Part shown: positions 57,510 through 64,000 of the stretch, piece after piece | How the letters are laid out: each line of letters opens with the position of its first letter | How positions within the stretch are numbered: the first letter of the stretch is position 1 | Source: Minisyncoccota bacterium | GTDB taxonomy: Bacteria; Patescibacteriota; Minisyncoccia; Phycocordibacterales; GCA-2747955 | Assembly: GCA_020628915.1 (NCBI GenBank) | Contig: JAHDEI010000001.1 | Location: forward strand, 19,985-83,984 | Length of the DNA: 64,000 bases | Reading direction: 5' to 3' | The notes under the pieces: model-generated | Database searches by the model: none | Told to the model about the DNA's origin: nothing | Seen by the model: only the letters and a program-made list of their open reading frames with translations | Program-made: the position numbers and the translations under genes

Positions 57510-57980
57510 ATGCCTTTTGCTGAAAATAAATTAGATACACTCCAAGCGATTGATCGTGCATTTGACTTTGGAACAAAACAAAACCACAAGCTCAACACTT
57601 GGCTACTTGTTGCCAACCTCTTGCTTGTGGGCATTTTAGTATTTGATGCTTTAGAATATTACCATTACATCTACCTCAACGAATCATTCCATGCCCTTAT
57701 CCGTAATGTAGAGTTATTATTCGGTATTATTTTTCTCATTGAGTTTACATTACGTGCAGTGTTTGTTTATATTCCAGACAAAAAATTCTTTTCAACCTAC
57801 TCCATTATTAATATGCTTGTGATCATTTCCCTGTTGGCACCTCAATTTATTGGAAATCTTGCCGTCCTAAGATTCATTCGAATTTTAAAAGTTTACAAAG
57901 CGTACCGACTAAACAAGGATCATCGCAGTTATCATATTGAACAACGCAAAAAGAAGAAAAATAAAAAGAACGCCGCGTAG
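57510..57980 (+). CDS. Ion-transport voltage-sensor-like domain (S1-S4) without pore
   Basis: FLIEFTLR (S2); LRFIRILKVYKAYRL (S4 basic periodicity). Confidence 0.72.
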   Translation: MPFAENKLDTLQAIDRAFDFGTKQNHKLNTWLLVANLLLVGILVFDALEYYHYIYLNESFHALIRNVELLFGIIFLIEFTLRAVFVYIPDKKFFSTYSIINMLVIISLLAPQFIGNLAVLRFIRILKVYKAYRLNKDHRSYHIEQRKKKKNKKNAA

Positions 57981-57991
57981 CGGCGTTCTTT

Positions 57992-58258
57992 TTATTTTGA
58001 AAGTGAAGCTAGAGTTTTTGATAATCGAGATTTTTTTCGAGCAGCAGTATTTTCTTTAATCACTCCCCTTTTTGCTGCTTTATCAATCGCTTTGTGTAGC
58101 GTTGGCTCCATTTCTTTTGCAGTTTTTTCATCCCCTGCGGCTACCGCCTTTCGGAATTTTTTAACTACGTCTTTCATTGCCCGAGATCGTCGCATATTGA
58201 ACACGCGTTTGTTCTCAGAGCTCTTAATTCGTTTCTTTGCTGATTTCGTAATAGCCAT
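57992..58258 (-). CDS. rpsT: 30S ribosomal protein S20
   Basis: MAITKSAKKRI...IDKAAKRGVIKENTAARKKSRL. Confidence 0.96.
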   Translation of the reverse strand: MAITKSAKKRIKSSENKRVFNMRRSRAMKDVVKKFRKAVAAGDEKTAKEMEPTLHKAIDKAAKRGVIKENTAARKKSRLSKTLASLSK

Positions 58259-58280
58259 AGTTCCGGTATAATATAAGAAT

Positions 58281-59117
58281 ATGGCTAAAAATGCAATACG
58301 TGAGACTATCGATAATGAAAATAAACTTTGTATGATGCATTTAGAAGAAATCCGCGAATATAACCAGGGAAATAGACGCAATATTAACGATCTTCTAATG
58401 TTTGCTGTAATTGGAATTTTTATAGCTGCTTGTCTTATTTACCTCATTATTCCTGACGTCAAAGAGGTGCCTCTACATGACATATATGTAGAAATGTCTA
58501 TCTTTCTCTTTACTGTTATTACGGGTTTCACTGTATCTCGACAAAACAATCGCTATCGGCAAATTATCGAAGAGATCACATCGTTTGATGGTGGTGTCTC
58601 AACCATGTATCGTGAATTCTCACACTTTGGTCACGACTATCAAGAACGATTCAGAAAAATTGCTCTGCGGCACTACGAACCCGTTATCCGAGAACACAAA
58701 TGGGATTACAATATTCAAAACAAATCCTCGACCCTGAAAGATTCGTACGCGTTAGTGCGAGAAGCACTCGAAGATCAACGTATCGCAAATATCGAACACT
58801 CATCTGTCAGCGAAATCAAACGGCAGCTCTCTGACATGCAAAAAAATAGAAAAGACATGATCGCGCTGCATGCGGAGCGAATTCCACGATTCCAGTGGTT
58901 TGTTATGTTCTTTTTGGCGGTCATGCTTATTATTACGATCTCGTCTGTTTCGTCATACGGACAAATGATCGAATCTTTGCTAAAAGCATCTTTTACCACC
59001 TCAATAATTGCAACAATGTTAATGCTCAGGAAGCTAGATACTCTTGATCTATTTGAGTCATTTTTGGGAGAACACTCTGCTCAAGACATTATTGATATTT
59101 TTGACGGTAAAAAATAA
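58281..59117 (+). CDS. Membrane protein (DUF4239/bestrophin-like)
   Basis: 2 TM + helical insert + 2 TM; LFTVITGF, LD. Confidence 0.6.
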   Translation: MAKNAIRETIDNENKLCMMHLEEIREYNQGNRRNINDLLMFAVIGIFIAACLIYLIIPDVKEVPLHDIYVEMSIFLFTVITGFTVSRQNNRYRQIIEEITSFDGGVSTMYREFSHFGHDYQERFRKIALRHYEPVIREHKWDYNIQNKSSTLKDSYALVREALEDQRIANIEHSSVSEIKRQLSDMQKNRKDMIALHAERIPRFQWFVMFFLAVMLIITISSVSSYGQMIESLLKASFTTSIIATMLMLRKLDTLDLFESFLGEHSAQDIIDIFDGKK

Positions 59118-59119
59118 AT

Positions 59120-59692
59120 ATGATTGGTCACCTCCACGGCACTATAGTTGATATCACCGGCAACGCCCTCATCGTTTCCACGATGGGGGTTGGCTATGAA
59201 GTCTCATGTAAAGACACTTTGGTGACAAAAACGCTTGTAGACGACCATATTTCCCTTTTTACACACCTTGCTGTTCGAGAGAACGCTCTGGACCTTTATG
59301 GATTTGAAACAAAAGAAGAATTAGAGTTTTTTCAATTACTGATAACTATCAGTGGTATCGGTCCAAAAGTTGGACTCTCAATCTTAAATGCTACTACTCC
59401 TCAAGATTTATATACAGCTATAAAAAATAAAGATACTTCTGTGTTAACCAAAGTTTCAGGTATTGGAAAAAAGAACGCAGAAAAAATTGTTCTTGAACTG
59501 CAAAATAAAATTGACCAATTCGCAGGATCGTTTAACGAAGAGCAGTCTGGTATCGATCTCGAAGTATTCGAAGCTCTCGAAGCGCTTGGATACGACACAC
59601 GCTCGATTCAAGAAACTCTTAAAAACCCTTCCCTGGGCGATCTTGAAACCTCTGCAAAAATCAAACAAGCTATCAAACTGCTTGGGAAATAA
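59120..59692 (+). CDS. ruvA: Holliday junction branch migration protein RuvA
   Basis: MIGHLHG, GVGYEV, LYGF, SGIGPK, ALEALGY. Confidence 0.96.
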   Translation: MIGHLHGTIVDITGNALIVSTMGVGYEVSCKDTLVTKTLVDDHISLFTHLAVRENALDLYGFETKEELEFFQLLITISGIGPKVGLSILNATTPQDLYTAIKNKDTSVLTKVSGIGKKNAEKIVLELQNKIDQFAGSFNEEQSGIDLEVFEALEALGYDTRSIQETLKNPSLGDLETSAKIKQAIKLLGK

Positions 59693-59754
59693 AAGATCTA
59701 GTGCCGTCAACCCATCTGCTACAATAAGTACATCTTATTAGTAGTTTTTTATTT

Positions 59755-60522
59755 ATGAAAAATCAACAAATTATTGCCATCCTTCTTTTGACGCTTGCCG
59801 TCTTAGCGTTTGCTTTTACGTTCAAAAATATAAAAAAGGGTTCTCTCTCAGGCAAAAGTTCTATTATCTCAACAATCACAAAGTCCCCGGACTCAATGCC
59901 CAACCCTATTACCATTGGGCCAGACAAGATCCCACATGTCTCTTACGACTTTCTTTTAACTGCATCAACTACCGCATCAACCGACGTGCTTGATTGTTTT
60001 GGGACCACGCTAGAAGATCTTCAGGCTAATATTGCATGGACTTCGTCATATACAGAAGAAGGAACGTTCTGTAATATGGTTTTTGTAGAGACTGACTCGG
60101 AAGGAAACGAGCTGCAAGTAATCAAAGAATACTCAATCTCTCCAGGAGGGTTTCACATAATTCTATCTCCATATATTACTGGGCTCTTTGGTGAGATGGA
60201 ACTTACGGAAGGCAAATCATACGAATTCCCACAGAGAAATAGCTACTCTGACGGACATATCATTCTGGGCGGAACAATCGGAGCTAATATTTCAACACTA
60301 AAAGATCAATTTAATATCCCCGCCAATCAACAAAATGTGCGTCTAACCGTTTTTAGTGTTGACAAGCAGTGGTCAAACAACCAAACCTCGTTCGAAAAGT
60401 GTATTGCCTTTGCTGCACACTATTCTAGCTTGTCTCTTCCTTATGGTTTATATGAGCATACCTGGTGTGAAGTAGAACCCAAAAAATGGACGCTAGTAGA
60501 AAGGGTACTCGTTAAAAATTAA
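59755..60522 (+). CDS. Secreted hypothetical protein
   Basis: N-terminal signal/TM; 255 aa. Confidence 0.7.
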   Translation: MKNQQIIAILLLTLAVLAFAFTFKNIKKGSLSGKSSIISTITKSPDSMPNPITIGPDKIPHVSYDFLLTASTTASTDVLDCFGTTLEDLQANIAWTSSYTEEGTFCNMVFVETDSEGNELQVIKEYSISPGGFHIILSPYITGLFGEMELTEGKSYEFPQRNSYSDGHIILGGTIGANISTLKDQFNIPANQQNVRLTVFSVDKQWSNNQTSFEKCIAFAAHYSSLSLPYGLYEHTWCEVEPKKWTLVERVLVKN

Positions 60523-60568
60523 GAAGGAACCGACACTAAAAACCGCCAATACTATTGGCGGTTTTTCT

Positions 60569-62077
60569 TTATCGTGCATAATCGACAACTCGCGTCTCAC
60601 GTATTACATGTACTTTGATTTCTCCAGGATACTTCAGTTCTTGTTCTACCCTTTTTGCAACATCGCGCGCAATCTTCTTTGCGCCATAGTCATCAACTTT
60701 TTCTGGGTTTACGAAAATTCTTATTTCTCGTCCTGCTGAGATTGCATACGCGTTTTCTACCCCCTCGATGGTTTGAGAAATTCGCTCCAGGCCTTCAAGT
60801 TTTTTGATATACATGTTTGCCATGTCTGATCGTGCACCTGGACGTCCACCTGAAATTGCATCTGCCACTTGAACCAATATTGATTCGAGGTTTTCATATG
60901 GATACTCTTCATGATGTGCTTGCATGGCCTTGATCACTTCCTCAGAGATTCCATACTTCTGAAGAATTCTTCTACCAATGTCTACGTGTGACCCCTCAAC
61001 TTCATGGTCTGTTGCTTTTCCAATATCATGGAGGAGGGCTCCAGCTTTCGCAACATATGGATCTGCGCCGACCTGCTCGGCCAGCATACCTGCAATATGA
61101 GCCATCTCAACTGAATGCTGTAGTACATTTTGCCCATATGAATAACGGAAATATAGTCTTCCTAAGATTTCTAACAGCTCTGGGTGCAGATCATTAATTC
61201 CTGCATCTGACGCCGCCTCTTTTCCTTTTTCAGTTATCAGCCTGATTACATTCTCTTTTGCATCTTCCACGAAATTCTCAATACGTGCTGGCTGAATACG
61301 ACCATCCTCAATCAATGCATCGAGAGCTTTTTTTGCGATTGCTCGTCTGATCGGATCAAAACAAGAAATTGTAATAACCCCTGGTGTCTCATCAATAATC
61401 AGCTGGACTCCTGCCATTTTTTCAAATGCTTTAATGTTCCTCCCCTCTTTACCGATAATTTTACCCTTTGTATCGTTATCAGGAAGTGTCACAGACGTAG
61501 ACATAATGTCATTCTCTACTGCATTTCCGTATCGATGAATCGCAGAAACTAAAATATTCTTAGCTTTTTCATCCAAATCCGCCTGGTTGGCTTGCTCCAA
61601 CTTTCGTGATCGAGTAAATAAATCGTCTCTATACTGAGCCTCAAGGTCTGCAAAGAGCAGCTCTTTGGCCTGCTTGGTAGACATCCCAGATAGTTTTTGT
61701 AATTGCTTTTCTTGTTCTATCTTACTATTTTCTATGTCAAGACTCGCTTGTTCTTGTTTTTGTTTTTGTTTATCTAATTCCTTTTCTCTTCCGTCTAAAT
61801 ATTGCTCCTTTTCAATTAATCGTTTTTGTGATTGCTTGATGTCTTGTTTTTCTTCTTGTACCTCTTTCTGTGTGCGTGTAAGTACTTCTTGTGACTTCTT
61901 TTCCGCTTTTTGTAGTGTTTCAGATGCCCTCTTTTCAGCATCAGACTGCATCTTGGCCAATCTTCCTTCGATACTTTCTCGATTTCTAGTAACTAAAAAA
62001 GACTTCAAAAAGTACCCTAGTAGTACTCCAAGCAATCCCACAAAAAAGAGTGTTGCAAAAAATGCAAATATTGCCAT
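60569..62077 (-). CDS. rny: Ribonuclease Y
   Basis: N-terminal TM, coiled coil, KH (GKIIGKEGRNI), HD (LLHDIGK). Confidence 0.97.
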   Translation of the reverse strand: MAIFAFFATLFFVGLLGVLLGYFLKSFLVTRNRESIEGRLAKMQSDAEKRASETLQKAEKKSQEVLTRTQKEVQEEKQDIKQSQKRLIEKEQYLDGREKELDKQKQKQEQASLDIENSKIEQEKQLQKLSGMSTKQAKELLFADLEAQYRDDLFTRSRKLEQANQADLDEKAKNILVSAIHRYGNAVENDIMSTSVTLPDNDTKGKIIGKEGRNIKAFEKMAGVQLIIDETPGVITISCFDPIRRAIAKKALDALIEDGRIQPARIENFVEDAKENVIRLITEKGKEAASDAGINDLHPELLEILGRLYFRYSYGQNVLQHSVEMAHIAGMLAEQVGADPYVAKAGALLHDIGKATDHEVEGSHVDIGRRILQKYGISEEVIKAMQAHHEEYPYENLESILVQVADAISGGRPGARSDMANMYIKKLEGLERISQTIEGVENAYAISAGREIRIFVNPEKVDDYGAKKIARDVAKRVEQELKYPGEIKVHVIRETRVVDYAR

Positions 62078-62246
62078 ATGTATTTGTAATTACGGACTAG
62101 TAAATGTGTACAAGTCCCTTAATACTTTTGTATCAAGTGTGATCTTTCGATCGGTTTCAAAATAATTTATCTAAGTTTGTACGTATATATAGTATCAAAA
62201 TCTTCCGACAGAACAAAAAACGCCCTCACGGGCATTTTTGTTCTTA

Positions 62247-62618
62247 TTATTGTGCTAGCTCATCAAGTAGCAACTCTTGCTCCCTCACACTATTGTCTCC
62301 AGTCAGAGCATTTAGTTGATCAAGTGCACTTTGGCTTGCTGACCCTTGCTGCAAAGCGTCTAACCGATTAATTTCTTGCGCAATTTCTTCTGGAGTATCC
62401 ACCACCTCAGTTGGCAATAAATCGTTGAGAAGTTCCCGTTCCTGCTCTTTAGTGCGTACCGTTGGTTTCGCTAGTTCTAATTCTTGTACTACCGGATTCT
62501 GAATTGGAGCGGTTGGTCTCTCGAAAAAAGAAAGGAGGCTCGTTCCAAAGAAATACCACAAAAGGGCTAAAATTACCAAAATAATGAACCCAAAAAATGC
62601 AATATAGATTTGTCTCAT
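62247..62618 (-). CDS. Membrane-anchored hypothetical protein
   Basis: N-terminal TM; acidic helical tail. Confidence 0.7.
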   Translation of the reverse strand: MRQIYIAFFGFIILVILALLWYFFGTSLLSFFERPTAPIQNPVVQELELAKPTVRTKEQERELLNDLLPTEVVDTPEEIAQEINRLDALQQGSASQSALDQLNALTGDNSVREQELLLDELAQ

Positions 62619-62623
62619 GATTC

Positions 62624-63052
62624 TTATGATTGATCCTGGTCAGCTGGATCTGGCTCCTCAGGGGTAAATGAATCTTCTGGAACTGGCAGGTCTGGATATT
62701 CTTCTTCATTTTGTTGTTCTTGAGCTGCCTGCTCAGGTGTTGGTGCTTGGGTTCCTGCCTCAGTCGCTGCCGTATCTGCCTGGATCTGCTCTTCTAGTTT
62801 TTGTAGTTCTTTTTGTAGTTCTTCCTGCAGCCGTTGTTCTTCTTCCTGCAGCCGCGCGATTTCTGCATCCACATCTGTATTTGATGGCTGCGCTGTAGTA
62901 TCACCTGCTGGTGTAGTTACTACATTATTTTGTACGTTTGGGTTAACTGCATTGTTCTTTTTTGCAAACATCCACATAAACCACATTGCAATCAAAATCA
63001 GAATAAAAAGGATTGCCAGCATCCAAATATTTCTTTTGTGTTCTTTAATCAT
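62624..63052 (-). CDS. Membrane-anchored coiled-coil hypothetical protein
   Basis: N-terminal TM; LQEEEQRLQEELQKELQKL. Confidence 0.7.
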   Translation of the reverse strand: MIKEHKRNIWMLAILFILILIAMWFMWMFAKKNNAVNPNVQNNVVTTPAGDTTAQPSNTDVDAEIARLQEEEQRLQEELQKELQKLEEQIQADTAATEAGTQAPTPEQAAQEQQNEEEYPDLPVPEDSFTPEEPDPADQDQS

Positions 63053-63125
63053 AATTAAAATTTCATTAATAATAGTTTAATCCATTATAACAAAATACAC
63101 ACCTCAATGTGTGTATTTTGAATAC

Positions 63126-64000
63126 TTAAGGCTTTAGTTCAGTATTATGAACAATATAGCCATCCGCAACGTATTGCTTGCTCCCATCTAGTCTAAAATT
63201 ATACACCCACTCTTTTGTGAATTCCGTATTAATTTTTTTAATTGTCACGAAACTTCCATCCTGCATTATGATTGTATCGCCAACCTCAAGAAGGCTTACT
63301 TCAAGTTCTGGGCTTTCAACCATAGATTGTGCTGGATCGAGTGACTTCCAGCCCTCTGTTGTAAAGAATGGATGAGTTGTAGTAAAGAATGCTTCGTCTT
63401 GGTCATTGAATGAATGAATATTTCCTTTGTACGGAATATGGAACAGTTCCTGCACCGTATTTACCCCCCCTACACCATCAGCGAGTCTGTCCCCAACAAC
63501 AACGTCTTGGATGTTCTTCTTTGTTCCGTCATGCATAACAACTTGGGTATCTTTAACAAAGCAGCCTGTCTCACCAAAGTCTCCCCAGTCAATGTTGCCG
63601 TCAAAAGCAAAACAGCTCTCTGTAGTCCAGGTCCCAACACAATCCCATGTCCAAATACCTACAGTAGTATTGTGCGTATATCCGGAAACTGTACCCACTG
63701 AACACCTGTTGTCTGTGGGGTTAATTGGCGAAAAAGGTGACGCATATGTAACACCATTTGCTGAACCGCACTGGCCAATAGTCCCTCCTGGCACACCACT
63801 CCCCGAAGATCCAGAGCTTCCACTACTTGGTACGATACCTTCTGGGGGACCCTCACAGTATACCCTCACTTGAAAACCACATCCGGCCCCCTCGCAGTTT
63901 TCTCCTTCAGACCCCTGTGAATATATAGTCGCCCAATTCCAATCGTACGCCCAACCTGAGACAGAGTTTTGGTCTCTGTGTTGGTACCCAATACTGCAAG
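63126..64000 (-). CDS. Cys-rich secreted protein with C-terminal Hint (intein-like) domain; 5' truncated by window
   Basis: Frame open to window end; CGSANG...WTWDC module; GCFVKDT...TTTHPF...VYNFRLD...IVHN-TELKP*. Confidence 0.85.
   Translation of the reverse strand, partial: CSIGYQHRDQNSVSGWAYDWNWATIYSQGSEGENCEGAGCGFQVRVYCEGPPEGIVPSSGSSGSSGSGVPGGTIGQCGSANGVTYASPFSPINPTDNRCSVGTVSGYTHNTTVGIWTWDCVGTWTTESCFAFDGNIDWGDFGETGCFVKDTQVVMHDGTKKNIQDVVVGDRLADGVGGVNTVQELFHIPYKGNIHSFNDQDEAFFTTTHPFFTTEGWKSLDPAQSMVESPELEVSLLEVGDTIIMQDGSFVTIKKINTEFTKEWVYNFRLDGSKQYVADGYIVHNTELKP

Noticed and set aside
1-64000. Genome-wide UGA=Gly recoding (code 25)
   Set aside because: Long genes translate fully in code 11, and TGA ends genes at the expected length (e.g. 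22558, 28860, 42595, 49715); only one in-frame TGA was seen
1-64000. CRISPR array, DGR, integron attC or IS element
   Set aside because: No regularly spaced repeats, template/variable repeat pair, reverse transcriptase, integrase or transposase recognised by eye; an all-vs-all self-alignment would be needed to exclude them fully

Overview
A 64-kb, AT-rich, gene-dense bacterial chromosome segment, most likely from a Patescibacteria/CPR (Parcubacteria-like) genome. This is inferred from the class I LysRS, a ThrS lacking the N-terminal TGS domain, RNase Y, tRNAs without encoded CCA, tRNA-Arg(GCG), a giant Ig-repeat surface protein, a Hint-domain protein and the near absence of biosynthetic genes. 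Core genes: infC, rpmI, rplT, rnhB, truB-like, mreBC, dnaE, thrS, mnmA, msrAB/ccdA, htpX/lemA, trhO, yaaA, yqgF, lysS, zur-znuACB, rpsT, ruvA, rny and four tRNAs. No CRISPR array, integrase, transposase or reverse transcriptase was seen. The main non-standard signal is two expression grammars side by side. Housekeeping genes are mostly SD-less, with an extended -10 box (TGnTAnAAT) 6-10 nt before the ATG (leaderless-like). About 15 accessory or orphan genes instead carry a strong AAGGAG/GAGGAG SD, most also with a TTGAC(A/T) promoter and their own terminator, forming self-contained single-gene units that often begin right at the previous terminator. Other highlights: a 29-bp terminator duplicated as a direct repeat around the 7-kb surface-protein gene; an Ibs-like 18-aa ORF; a DipZ gene split by one in-frame TGA; a tRNA-Arg 5' duplicate next to an antisense copy of its anticodon arm; a structured rplT leader; and a C-terminal intein-like Hint domain.
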